Part shown: positions 51,257 through 64,000 of the stretch, in pieces | Layout of the letters: each line of letters opens with the position of its first letter | Numbering within the stretch: position 1 is the first letter of the stretch | NCBI RefSeq assembly: GCF_030684315.1 | Contig: NC_081369.1 | Location: 9,834,035 to 9,898,034 of the forward strand | DNA length: 64,000 bases | Source: Stegostoma tigrinum | Lineage: Eukaryota | Direction of reading: 5' to 3' | The notes under the pieces: model-generated | What the model saw: the letters and a program-made list of their open reading frames with translations, nothing else | The model's database searches: none | Told to the model about the DNA's origin: nothing | Made by a program: the position numbers and the translations under genes

Positions 51257-53192
51257 TACGCCATTGTAATAGTTGTTTTTGAATTCTGTCTGACTCTGAA
51301 CTGCCAGTTTGTGCAGAGAACAGTCTGCCAATATCATATATGAGGTATATTGCAGTGCTACCGAAGATCCGTTAATATTATTCGATATTGTTGTTGTAAT
51401 CAGATTGCGTTTGTTGCGCATGACATTTGCAAACCTTGCCTTTGTAGTGTAAGGTAAAAAATGCAATCTTATAATTCAAGGAAAGACTTTCAGATAAAGC
51501 ACTGAAGTATGTCAGGAAGCCAGCAGTGCAGAGCATAGATCGATGCATATTAGGAGATGTTTAGAAATCCTAGCATTTTTCGGCTAAATTTACGCAAAAT
51601 TACGAAATGTAGCAGTGTCTGGAAAAAGCTTTATTTTAGGTTCTCGCAAATGGGGTAAAGAACCCAACACAGAGAGCATTGGGGGGTTTCAAAAGCAAAT
51701 AATGAATTAAGTGTTATACGAGAAGCTATTACTTAATAGCATAAACAGAGGTTTTGGAAATCGAGTATTTAATATAAGATTATTTAGAGATAAGGATACA
51801 TGGGACATAAAGAATGGCAGACTATAATTACTGGGGGTTCACTGCGATTAAAGCTTGGGTCGAGCAATTTACACGGGAAGAATCTGTTGTAACATACCTA
51901 TGCTCACTGATGATAAAACGCTAAATGGCAAAGTAAGTTTTCAGGAGGAAATGAGGTAAATGATGTCACTGAAGATGATTCAATTTCGGAAGGTGCAATG
52001 TGGAACACCACAGCGATTCATGCCACAGTCAAGCAAATGCTGCTTTGATGGCAAAAGCAGTCATTCTCAGGTCAGATCTGATATTCAGAATGTTTTCTCC
52101 ATAAATGGTTGAAAATTTAAATGAGGTCGGGAGCTGGGGGTTCTGTGCTGAAACAAAACGGAACATCAGTGAAGTAGGTTATTGCTAATTAACTGTCTCT
52201 TTGTATTGGTTGCATTAAATTGCTGATGAGTACGTGGAGAATAATGCAGCATCAATGAGCCTATTTAACAATCTGGCGTTTACCATTGATCTGAAACTGA
52301 ACTGGACCAAACATGTAAATACTTTAGCTGTCATGGCGTGTCAAAGGCTAGGGATCCTGCAACAAATAATTGATCATCTGACTCCCCAAACCCTGTCCAT
52401 CATCTGTAAGAGTGTAATGACTCCCAACGGACCTGAACGAATGCAACTCTAATCATACTGAAGAAGCTAGACAACATCAAGCACAAAAAGCACAATAGGC
52501 TGGCACCACTCTCAAAAATATTCAATTACTGAAATAGTATAACTCTTAGTTCACAGTTCAACTCTCAAAAAAATTATCTTTTTGACTATTTGTTCAGTAT
52601 TTCAGGAGACAGAGTGGGTGGTCATTTAGGAAACATTTCGTAAAGTAGTAAGTGATATTTTCCCTAACTTGGCAGTGATTTTGTGGGCTTACGGTGGCTC
52701 TGCGGCCTCGTTTGGCTTAGGATGAACTGTAGTCACCCATATCATGGTGTCCACCACCGCTGGATTTTAGTTTTTGTATAGCAGGCTCTATTCAATTCAA
52801 AGTTTGTGCATGCACCTTTTTTTCACCTGAAGCCTATGATTATTCATTCTTTCCAAACCACATGGCACAGTTTGATCAATGGCATTACTACATCCTGATT
52901 GGCCTCGAAAAGGCGTCTTCCTATGACTTTCACGAATGCATGCTTGGTGTGTGGTTGGTTCTTAAGAGTGATGATTGTACGCCCCACTACCTCGAATTGG
53001 TTCATTTAAGGTCCCTTTTCTAAGATAAGCGGATATTTTGTATTTCCCTTGATGACTTGTCAAAATGTGTCTTTTTATGTATCAGATCATTGTTATTGAC
53101 AATCTAGGCTGACACCTACCTTTTTTTTAGGGTTTTGTGTCTTGTTATCAGACTCACTCTAAATCGAATGTGTGGCCAGTGACTTTTTTGAA

Positions 53193-53428
53193 GATAACAA
53201 AGTGTGAAGCTGGATGAACACAGCAGGCCAAGCAGCATCTCAGGAGCACAAAAGCTGACGTTTCGGGCCTAGACCCTTCATCATAAAATATCTAGGCCCG
53301 AAGGGTCTAGGCCCGAAACGTCAGCTTTTGTGCTCCTGAGATGCTGCTTGGCCTGCTGTGTTCATCCAACTTCACACTTTGTTATCTTGGATTCTCCAGC
53401 ATCTGCAGTCCCCATTATCTCTGATCAC
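53193..53428. repeat. Inverted dimer of the Penelope terminal unit
   Basis: 12-bp TSD GACTTTTTTGAA at 53181-53192 and 53429-53440. Confidence 0.9.
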
Positions 53429-54639
53429 GACTTTTTTGAAAAGACCATTTCTCGGTGCCCATACCAGGTTTCTTCACTTTTAAGGAAGGAAGAAGTGGAG
53501 AGGTATCCCCCAATTCTCGCGACGATTATATTCCACGTGCTTCGTCTGCTTCAGATACCATCCAGCACAACATGAATGGAGAATGAGTCTAAATTGATTT
53601 AAACTTGTAATCTGAGACACCATGTCCTAGAACATGTAATATTATGATTATGAACATTGTTCGATTCTGTGAATCTCTGCCATCGGTCGCTTGGGTCTTT
53701 TTTCCCCATACACTCACGCGTGTCTTGTCTTTTGCAAATAACCTCTCACGACGCATTTCTGTAAATCCATTGTTCTTGTAATTATAAATCATAATATTCA
53801 CTCATAGTCCCAAATCTCACATAAACGATACAAGTGAGTTCGGAATGTTGTGCTCATTCACGGACAATCAATTGCATTGCACGAGAAAGCTGAAACAGAT
53901 CAATGGTCAAGGAACATAATAATTATCTGAGGAATCAATCCAAAAGAATAATTTCACAACTGATTGAACTGGTATAGTTTTTGCATGAAAATTCAAATTA
54001 CCGAATTGATGAATAACATGGCGGTCAGGTCAAACAGACGAAACGGACTCAATGAATGGTAAGAACTCTGCAAATAAAGAAGACATGCAAAGTAAGTTTT
54101 AATTTGCAATTCAATATTCCTTCTCTTTATGAATGCATCAAATTAAACAACAGCCAGAAACATGTCTTTCTTGGCTAATAGCGGTTAGTCTCAAGTTTTG
54201 CGGAGTGATTATCGCTTCTAGGCAGGTTGACTTTTTCCACCAAACTCGTTGCTTTAATAGCTGACTGAACGCTCGCAGCCGGAATCACCCTTAAATCCTT
54301 CTCACCTTAACAGACGCCTCTCCCTGAGCGATTGGTCAATCACCCAGATATCGGAATTTACTAGCATGTCGTGAATTGCACTTGAAAGAATGCTCCGCTC
54401 CGGAGAAAGGACTGTCAGTCCTGAGCTTCCCTGCACGTTCCTTACATATGCCACGAGCGAAAATCTGACGCATTTGTGCGTGTATGGTCCTGCAGATTTC
54501 ACTGAATTGGCGAATGCGCAAGCAGAATTAACTCTGCTCCACGGCAAACAGGGAAGGCCATGGCACCAGGCCGAACATAAAATGTCTTTGCAATATCAAT
54601 AACCTCTTATTCGCTAGTGTCGTCTTCAGTGTAGCATTG

Positions 54640-55480
54640 AAACACCTTGATCAGTTGGACTAATGGCCACGGAGTAGAAGATGGAGTTTAATTTAGCTAA
54701 ATGTGAGGTGCTGCAATTTGGAAAGGCAAGTCAAGACAGGGTTTATGCAATTAATAGGAAGGCCCTGGGGGCTGTTACTGAACAAACAGACCTTGGAGTA
54801 TATTTGCATATTTCCTTCGATTTGAATTCGCAGGAAGATAGGACCGTGCAAAAAGAGCTTTGCATGCTTGCATTCATTGGCCAATGCATTGAGTAAAGGA
54901 TTTTGGAGGTCATGTTGTGGCTGTACAGTACATTGGTACGGCCACTACTGCAATAATGCAGGAAATTGTGGTCTCCCTGCTAAGGACGTTGTGAAATTTG
55001 ATGGGTTCAGAATAGATTTAGAAGGACTTTGTGATGATTGGACGGTTTGAGTTGTTGGGAGAGGCTGAAAAGACGTGGGGATATATTGCCTGGAAATTCG
55101 GGGTAGAGGGGTTACCTTATAGAGGTTTACAAAATCACGAGGAACATGGACAGCATAAAGAAACCATGTCTTTTCCACGACTGAGAGAAGCTAAAACTAG
55201 GGGGAATAGGGTTATGTTGAGAGGGGAAATATTTGAAAGGGATCTAAGGTGAAGCTTTTTCACATAGAGGGTCGTGCGTGTATGGAATGAGCTGCCAGAG
55301 GAAGCGGTGGAGGGGAGAACATTTACAATGTTTGCCATGGGCCTGGATGGGTGTATGAATTGGAATCGTTGGGAGAGTCATGAGCCAAATGATGTTAAAT
55401 AGTGCCGTATTTAATTAGGATACCTGGTCAGCATGGGCGATTTGGGCTGAAGAGTCTGCTTCTGTACAGTACATCTGTAT
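54640..55480 (+). mobile_element. Decayed CR1-type LINE 3' end
   Basis: MEFNLAKCEVLQFGK..MLAFIGQCIE; GTATGGAATGAGCTGCCAGAGGAAG. Confidence 0.85.
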
Positions 55481-56171
55481 GAGTCTGATTGCAGTATCGT
55501 CCTGTCAGTGGATCAGAGATGCATCTCGCCAGAGCCCACGCTTCTTAGAGTTTGGTAGGATTCTTCTCAGTGACACACAATCGTCAATAATGAGGTGACA
55601 AATTTTACAACCCTCAATCAGTTCCCCATCCCCAACCCGTGTGAATATTTCTCAGGTAAAAATCCCACAATTTGAAAACTTTATCGCAGACATAGGATTG
55701 TTTGTATTCAATTGTATTTGACAAATTTTAGTTGGTGCATTTTGCACAATCAATTCTGATGTCTTTGTAGGCGCCGAAGGTGTCTCTGTCAACACGATAC
55801 TTAGGCAAAACAACATTAAGTGTCATTCTTTAGATTGACGTTTGCTCTGTTTAATAAATGGACAAATTATTTAATCTGGTACGGACATAAAGGAAACAAA
55901 AACAATATAAGGTTCCAATCCATACATGGTGATCTCATCTGTCTGATATATTTGGTGAGAAATTTAATTCAATTCTTCGCTACTGAACTTAGACACTGTC
56001 AGAATCTCCTATGTGTTTTGACAAGGTTCAAGAATGTAAACGAATGGAGAGTAAAGGTAAGCAATATAACGGATTACCCTGGTCATAGCTATGTTGTAAG
56101 AGCACTACTCGACCATCCCAATGCATCTACACTCCTTTGCAGGAAAGCTACAAGTTTCTTTTCTTTCATAG

Positions 56172-56465
56172 TGCCCAAGCCAGTTGAAAATTATCCCCAT
56201 TACAAGGTTCTCAGTGGCTTCTCCAAAATTCGAGTGGAGAACAATTGCCTTTTATCCGGAGGATGTTGGAGTCCCCCGATAAGGGATGGTGTCTCAATCC
56301 TGGCCAGAATAAAATCTGTGAAAAACAAAACCGTGGCTCGGCTGTGTGAGGTGTCTAGTTCATTGGAAGAAGCATAGCCCGTATGGAGTAGAGTAGTTTC
56401 TACCCGCTAGGCATCTCATGTCTGTCTTAAGGTGCCTGCCAGTGTCAGCTACACCATCAGTAATT
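56172..56465 (+). pseudogene. Decayed paralogue of the C1 exon
   Basis: Colinear DNA similarity to 34914-35210 (AAATTCGAGTG, GCCTTTTA.CC.GAGGATG, TAGTTC.TTGGAAGAAGCA, TGTCTTAAGG.GCC, GTCAGCTACAC). AG/GTAAGAT ends kept; frameshifts, in-frame stops, and both canonical Cys lost (TGG, CGC). Confidence 0.9.
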
Positions 56466-57284
56466 GTAAGATAGAACACATTTTCAGTGGGGCACCCATT
56501 CTAACCTGCTGCACAGGGGATAGTGGAATAAATCAGAAACGTTTTAGTTGACCAAAAGTTGAAAGGTTTTGCCAGATCAAACATGCCTGTTATGCTTACA
56601 AAGCATCTGCTTTAACAATTTTTGCGAGATTCTCTGTAAAATGTTCAGTGACATCTTTCAAGCACATTCCCTCACTCACTCATATAAGTGAACATGATTG
56701 ATCTGTTTCACTTTCACACATGCCTCCTGCAAATATCTTCAATTGCCTGGAATTATGTCTTTACTGGTTTCCTGTTCTCCTTGTGTTATTATAAATTGCT
56801 CAGATATGAAGACATCTTCCTATCTCAATTATGGTAGCAAGTAAGGTCCTAGGTCCTTTACTCCAATTAATGGGATTCTAAGAATCTTTAATTATTGGCA
56901 CTGCGAGGGCAAACTGTTAGAAAGGCAGAAAATACTTGTCAAAAGTTCATAAGTTGTTCTGGGAAGAGCGAATCAGCTTGGGGGACATCTACTGGGTGAA
57001 AATCGAGAAACATCACTGATATATTTAGCAACCAGACTGCAGCGCCATATACAGAAAGCGAGATTATCGGTCATTTTGATCATAAAGCAACAGGTTGGGG
57101 AGACACAATTGTCCAGTCGTATTTTATGATTAGGGGATTTAGAAGAATACGCGTGCGTTTATTACCCATGGAAAAAAAATGTTGGATGTGACTCGCACGC
57201 TGCCCATTCGTCTCCATAGCGAATGATACCAGCTGAAGACTGCACAAGGTGTAGGTTCGTGGTCGTGGTTCATCAAAAAAAAAC

Positions 57285-58170
57285 TGGTAGAAACTGAAAA
57301 GAAGCCGAAAGAACCGAGGATACTGTAAATCGGGAACAACAACAAATTTGCTGGAAAAGCTCGACGGGTCTGACAGCATCTGTGAAGAAAAAAGTAGAGT
57401 GACGTTTCGGGTCCATTGACCCTTCCTGAGAACTGATGTTGGCTTGAAAGAGTCAGTTTCCATGCAGAAAGAAGTGGAGGGAATTGGGTCGGGAGTAGAC
57501 GATAGGACAGAGCCTAATGTGAGAGAAAAGCAGTTGGACAGACCAAGAATTTATAACGATCAGGCTGGGAGGGTGATTACTTGCTAACGGGGGCTATTAG
57601 TGACTAATAACAGGTAGTGTGTAATGGCAGGATATGTGGTACCAAGGCCTGGTGTGTCGGGTAGGGGGCTGGGACACTGAAGTGTTTAGGCCCTAAAATT
57701 ATTGAACTCTATATTGAGTCCGGAGGCTGCAGGATCCCCAAGGGGAAAATGAGGTGTTGTTCCTCTGGCTTGAGTTGTGCTTTGCTCGAACACTGCAGTA
57801 AGCCAGAGACAGAGATGTTGGCCAGGGAACCGGGAGGTGTGTTAATGTGGCAGGCAAAGCGTAGTTCTGGGTGTCTTATGTGAGAAGAACGTAGGTGTTC
57901 TGCGAAACAATCACCTTGACTACGTTTCATTTCCCCAATGTAGAGGAGACCATATCGTGAGCAGCGTATGCAATAGACTAGATTCTGGGAAGTGCAAATG
58001 AATTATTGCTTCACCTAGAAGATATGTTTGGCCCCTTAGATACTGGGGAGGGAGAAGGTAAATCGGCAGGTATTGCACTTTCGGTGGTTACAAGGGAAGG
58101 TGCCTTAGGGCTAGTCGGGGTGTGGTTATAGGGGTGAATGAAGTGTGGACCAGGGTGTCCCGGAGGGATC
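57285..58170 (-). mobile_element. Penelope-like element 3' part, second subfamily
   Basis: GDCFAEHLRS..ISVSGLLQCSSKAQLKPEEQHLIFPLG, plus a terminal unit shared with 10495-10630, 32060-32230 and 63190-63325. Confidence 0.8.
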
Positions 58171-61100
58171 GGTCCCCGCGATCCCTGCTGTCCCTGGACA
58201 GAATCCAAAACCTCATAAAATAGCGCTAGCTCCAAACGTAGATGATTTTGGTAGTGAATTACGTCTTTGCAGGTGCTGAAATGGTGCTTATTTTGCAGCG
58301 CATATTGTTCGTCTATTATGTAAATGCATTATCAGCAATGTAAATTTGGCCTTCTTGAAATCAGCGTGTTAAGTGACCTATTTCACTTCCATGAACGAAT
58401 CCACGTTGCATCCAATGGCTACTCCTTGCATACATCTATTTTATAAGCTTGTTTTAATTCTACACTGCAGAGAACAGTTTCTATGTAATTGCGATTGCGC
58501 GATTTCCTCTGGGTTCCATCATAATTCTTGGATTGACATGCGTTATTCCGGATCATGGAAAAACAGTTTCAACAGAAGCTGAGTGAACACTTTTCTAACT
58601 TGTAAAATTTCCCCTAATTTTTCAATCAACCGGCTCAGAAATGTTATTTCACACCTTTGACACACGTGTGACTAGGGACAGCACAACTTTTAACTCAGTA
58701 GGCCACATTCGAAGCAAGCTCGCAGGTAGCATAAGTAAGCTGCGATGGGAAAATGTGCTTCTGTAAAAAGTACAGTTTTAGAAATTGACATATATGATTA
58801 ATTGCTTGCTACCAAGTGCTTTCAGCCTGAAAAGTTGATATTCCTGCTACTCCAAAACTGTGCTTTCCCAGCATCACAACATTCGACTCTGGCTTCCAGC
58901 ATCTGCAGTCCTTATGTTCTCCAAGTCAAAGATGATTTAGATATGAGCCTTTATATTTAGCTTGGATGGTAAGATGCCGAATGAAATGTTAACTGTTTCT
59001 CTTTGCAGAGGTGGTAAATATATCCAACGTGTTTGCTTTCGTTTCAGATTTTATTAATTTCAACACTAAGTAAACTTTATCACAAGATAGGTAATAACAG
59101 AATGGAGTGCAATTGTGCGCTTTGGCTTAGTTGGGGCTTCTTTTAATAGAAACGTGTTTTTCAAGTTCTCATTTGATCAAACGGACTTGAGCACAAAATT
59201 TGCACAATGTCAACTAAACGTACTACCAGTCAATCGAGTATCTAAAATCTTCCATCGAGGTTTTTTTCTGCTCTGTGGAATGAATAGAAAATTGGGCGCA
59301 AGGGTTCTATTCGTAGTACTGACCGTTTGTGTACCAAGAATGTACCTCAACCAAACTTCTTTATTTATTTCACTGTTGTTTGCCATGGCCAATGATCCTT
59401 TTCATCTGATAAGTACTATTTGAACTTCCGTGACCAGAAAATTCATTGTTTCAATTCTTTCTTTAAAAAAAGGTTTGTGTGAATGGTTGTATAATCCATC
59501 AGATATGTACTATTTTCCCAGTGCCCTTTGACATTATTCCCTCAATCGCGACGAAAATTGCAAAGATAGTCAACTGGAAGAAGCACTTAATGCGATAGAC
59601 TTCTAACACATTCTCAAGAGATAGCTGTGGCTGGGTATGCTGGAATAACCCATCACGAATTAACCTGTGGGAGGAGGCTGGGAAGCGATTTTCTGAAAAG
59701 CAGTAGCCTTTGCTGTTTGAGGATACCCAATGTACTGTTATGAATGCAGTTCTGGGATACTCAGCTGTTTTTGTGATGCTAGCTTCATAGGGTTCTCCTC
59801 GTATTCCTTTAAGACATGGATACTAGGTGTGGTGCTGTCATGTTTTATTTCTTGTGAACTGTTGGGGTTTAGTGGAAAAGTAAAGATTGGCATATATTAA
59901 ACTGTTGACCTCCAGTACAATTTAAGTAGGGGTCTCTAGATATTGGTCAGAGCAGAACAAAATCCTCATTGCTTACGCATGACAGCTTTGCATAATACTA
60001 TCCTGCACTCTCTGACAGCTCGGGTCAGTTTTAACTTTTTCTATGCAGCTGAATTGATGACATCACAGGAGGATCAGCATAAATTACCACCCTGCTTTGG
60101 AAGTGTATATAGTTTTTCCTTCACTATCGAATGGTCAAATTCCTATACCACTTTTCCAACTAGCAGTATAGGCATACCTAAACCAATTGGATTACAGTGG
60201 TTTAATAGGCGTCACACGACTCAAGAACAATTGGAGATGCGTAGTAAATGCCAGGGAAGCCCAGGTCGCCTGAGCAATTTCTTTTCGAAAAAGTGGAAAA
60301 TGTCATATAGCATTTTCTGACATGTATGGCTCGCTGCTATCCCATCGATTCCTGAAAATATGGCTGTATTTTAAGTGAAAATGTCAGTATTTTTCGGCGT
60401 AACACTATGTTGAATGCAGAAAATACCGACGTTTATGTTACAGTTTGGATTTTTATACATATCTTCAGGGGGAAAATCTGCTTTTTCTTGTGAAGGGGTT
60501 AAATGTCAGGGGATAGAGATTTTCGGTGATGGTTAGGCAATTAAAAGAGACACGAGGGAAGATTTTTTTCCCCCTGAGAGGATGACCTGGATCTAGAATT
60601 CGCATTCAAAATTTGCTGCTTGAGGCAGAAAAAACTCGATTCATTTGAAACGAACGTGAACTTTCAACTGAAGCACTACAATGTTTCATTTTGCTGCTTG
60701 CTGCTGGGAAGTGCGTTTAAAATGACTGACTAGTTTTTCTTTCGATCACTGCAGACACGATCGTCTGATAGGCCAGTTCTGAAGAAGAATCGTACTGAAC
60801 TGGTAAGTTAAGTTCTGTATCTCTCTCCAGTTTCTGCTGAGTTTCTTCATCGCTATATTGTGTTTGTTACACAGACACAATAATCTTGACTCTAAGAGGA
60901 TTCTAAAAATGACAGTTGTGACAAATATAAGCTTAGGAAGCTAATTTTGTATGGCAAGTTAGAGTGTATTTATTTAAGATCAAGTCTTCAGTCCTAGTTC
61001 CACCAAATTTATTGACAGTTTAATAATTATTGTCATGTCAATGGAATGCTATTATTGTTGAAAGTCCCTCCATTTTAATGTTACCTTGATTATGAGCCAG

Positions 61101-61173
61101 TTGAGTGTCTGTCTGCGTATCTCAAACGACAGAGGCAGCACCTGCTAAATTAACTCTTATCTTAACATTCTGG

Positions 61174-61316
61174 NNNNNNNNNNNNNNNNNNNNNNNNNNN
61201 NNNNNNNNNNNNNNNNNNNNNNNNNNNNNNNNNNNNNNNNNNNNNNNNNNNNNNNNNNNNNNNNNNNNNNNNNNNNNNNNNNNNNNNNNNNNNNNNNNNN
61301 NNNNNNNNNNNNNNNN
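61174..61316. other. Assembly gap (143 N)
   Basis: Run of N. Confidence 1.
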
Positions 61317-64000
61317 AGAAAAGTACATCAATTAAAAAAATACTTCTCATATATTTCCTCATAGTCAACTGAACAACTATGATACTCTGCGGCCCTGTAA
61401 TTCATAATTACATGAGGGCAATTTTTATTTTGAAGTAGAAGACAGGGTGTTAAGATCCAGTACAGATGGAAAAGCAAAGAATAAACATACAAACGGGAAG
61501 GACGTGCCCCAGTTACGACAAATGAAGACATCTTAAAATTATTTGAATCAACAAGATTTGGAATTATATTCGGATTGGTTATATAGCGCTTGACTGTCTC
61601 CTTTAATTAACTGTCTATTGGCCAATTTTTGTGCAGGAAGGTCAGATAAAAGTTAATTACAATTTTCTAGTGAACTGGTTCGGATTGATTCCATTAGATG
61701 CTTCAGGCGACACATCAATACTTTTTAGATAATCTCCTTTATGATGATCAGCGGATAGCACAGCATAGTTTCAGATCTTTTGGCTCAGTCTTCAAACACT
61801 TTATTCACGCCACACGATGTCAAATAATGACAGAACACGTTGTTAAATTTGGCGCTGGAAAATCAAAGGAGGTCAGGCAGCTTCCGAGGAGCAGGGAAGT
61901 CAATGTTTTGGCATGAAACGTTGACTTCTCTGCTCCTCGGGTGCTCTCAGACACGCTGTGCTTTTGCAGACCACATTTAAGGACTCTGGCTTCCAGTAAC
62001 TGCAGGCCTTACTGCCTCCAGGTGACTGAACACGTTGGTTGCCAAAAATACCTTGGCAGATTCTTAGATGTACTAATTAAAACTTCTGATTCTGGATCAG
62101 CGACCAGTTTCCAAGCTGTTATCCTATACCTGCACAACTGACAGCAATCTGGTAATGTGTAAAATCATCTGTGTAACCCTGGATAACAAAATTAGGAGAA
62201 CACATGAAAAGAAGATGCCAGATCTGCCCACCAAGCCATTCAACGCAATGACTGCTGATTATACAGTGATCCCTTTCTTACTTTATCTAGCGGCTCCCCC
62301 CTGTTTTTACCCCTTTGTTCTGAGGAGCTATATCTAACTCTGTTGAAAGGGGGCAGGGCGGTTAGGGTACTCAATGGGTACGATTGTACAGAACCAAGTG
62401 AATAGGATGTCAGGTTGGCCAGTAATTTGGTTCCCTTCTCATAAGAATAAATGAGGTGCCAGGGGTAATCATACAAGATTATTGATTGCCAACTGGATAT
62501 GGTGCCACGTGAGTAGGATGACAGCATGCCAGGTACATAAGGGTATCAAATTAATAAGGATTATGTTACCATGTGGACAGCTCCAGAGGAACGAGAATGG
62601 GAGGCAACTTCCAGGCTGCAACTTGGAAACTGGGACAGTTAAATTTACCTTTTTTTTCATTCACAGGATATCAGTATCTCTGGCATTGCAAACATTTAAT
62701 GCCCACCACTAATTGCTAAAAGGGCAGTTGGAACGTCAACCACATTGCTGTGGCTCTGTAGTCACATGATGGCCAGATGCTACTAGCGTTAATTGGAAAG
62801 GTTTAACGTGCATTCCCAGCAGGGGATTTTAACCTTTGTTTCTAAGGATGTCTTGAGACCATTCCATTTATCCAAGTTAACTACGCCATCAGGGATAGAT
62901 CTGCGAGCTGTTTGCAAGTTCTGTGTTACAATTTAAACACAAACCCAATATTACTTTGCTCATTTGAAACTTTAGCAGGAGACAGCCCAGTGCATTTAAG
63001 TCAAGACACTTTACTTCGAAAAAACAGGACGAAATAATTCATGGGCATTCTAAAGCCCTTGCTTTCTGATTCAGTTTAGGCTTCAGTGATGACATATAAT
63101 TTCAGATCTCCCTTGCATGCATGATCTTCTATATTCAACTGAACAGCAGGATAATTTCAATCGTTGCGCATCTTTGTCACTGAAAACAACTAAAACCCAA
63201 AAGAACTGTGGATGCAGTAAATCAAGAACAAAAACAAAGTTGCTGGAAAAGTTCGCAAGTCTGGCAGCATCTGTGGAGGAGAAAACAGAATTAACGTTTC
63301 GGGTCTGGTGACCCTTCCGCAGACCCGTCCACTGAAAACAACTGCTTATTAACTCTGTCCAAGTCACAACCACAACCAGATAAATATCATAACGTACTGA
63401 ATGATCTCGGTTGTGCAGACTTTGTTTTGGTAATTTGTTTAAGAAACATACATTCAATGACTAATTGGCTCTTAAGGATGCTATCACTGGCCTCATGTCA
63501 CTGCCAGCCATCTCCTGATTGGTTCCTTGAGATGCTACTTATACACTACCCAACTTTTTCATTAAGCTTTGTTACTACCATTTTTAGTAAGAAGAGGATA
63601 ATTTATGATACTTTCTTTGTGCATCTATTTAAGGGAAGGAGATGCATCCCATTGAGACTGAATAGTCAAAAGCTGCTCACGACCTCAAAACTATATAACA
63701 TTCATATCGTGTCGATCACAGTGTGCTAATCTAATCAAATTATTACAGACAGTGCAAAAAATGCGAAGTGGTGAAATGTTATTGCACGTTTTATGCCTTG
63801 CGCAATCGTCCATAATTTAAGTTTAAATGATTGCATACGTTCAAACTTCAACGCACATGGTTACATAATTATCTCATACAAAAGTTTTGTTTAGTCTAAA
63901 TATAAGTTTAGTCACTTACGATAGCTACACACATGAAATAAATTAAAACAAAGCAGGGGCACCCCTGCAACCATGATTTCCAGTAACTCTTTGTTGCCTT

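Noticed and set aside
54302-54602. Possible Ig-like exon (SFKCNSRH on the - strand; ELPCTF on the + strand)
   Set aside because: No second Cys/Trp framework in any consistent frame.
55820-56377. 185-aa ORF
   Set aside because: A chance frame running into the C1 pseudo-exon; only its last part is in the Ig frame.
61439-61536. STDGKAKNKH resembling exon 6 LTDDKGKSKH
   Set aside because: Short, low-complexity similarity with no tyrosine motif; not distinguishable from chance.
1-64000. CRISPR array or prokaryotic operon
   Set aside because: Spliced vertebrate gene and retroelements; no regularly spaced repeat-spacer structure.

Overview
Eukaryotic, repeat-dense vertebrate DNA. The repeat families (Penelope-like elements, CR1-type LINEs, HE1-like V-SINEs) suggest a cartilaginous fish, probably a shark (inference). 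Most ORFs in the track are pieces of these retroelements. Among them is one apparently intact + strand 7-exon immunoglobulin-superfamily gene (31140-44686, 352 aa by my splicing): leader, germline-joined VJ-type V domain, C1-set domain, uncharged TM, and a tail with four tyrosine motifs arranged like SIRP-alpha. Two decayed paralogue relics flank it: a V/C1 chimeric pseudo-exon at about 8552-9089 and a C1 pseudo-exon at 56172-56465. The window therefore looks like part of a birth-and-death cluster of non-rearranging VJ-C1 receptors. The tail introns hold several candidate alternative tyrosine-motif exons. Also present: many Penelope-derived minimal hammerhead-ribozyme-like motifs (often as inverted hairpin insertions with TSDs), an antisense solo LTR just 3' of the gene, and a 143-nt N gap. 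Repeat boundaries are approximate unless a TSD is quoted.
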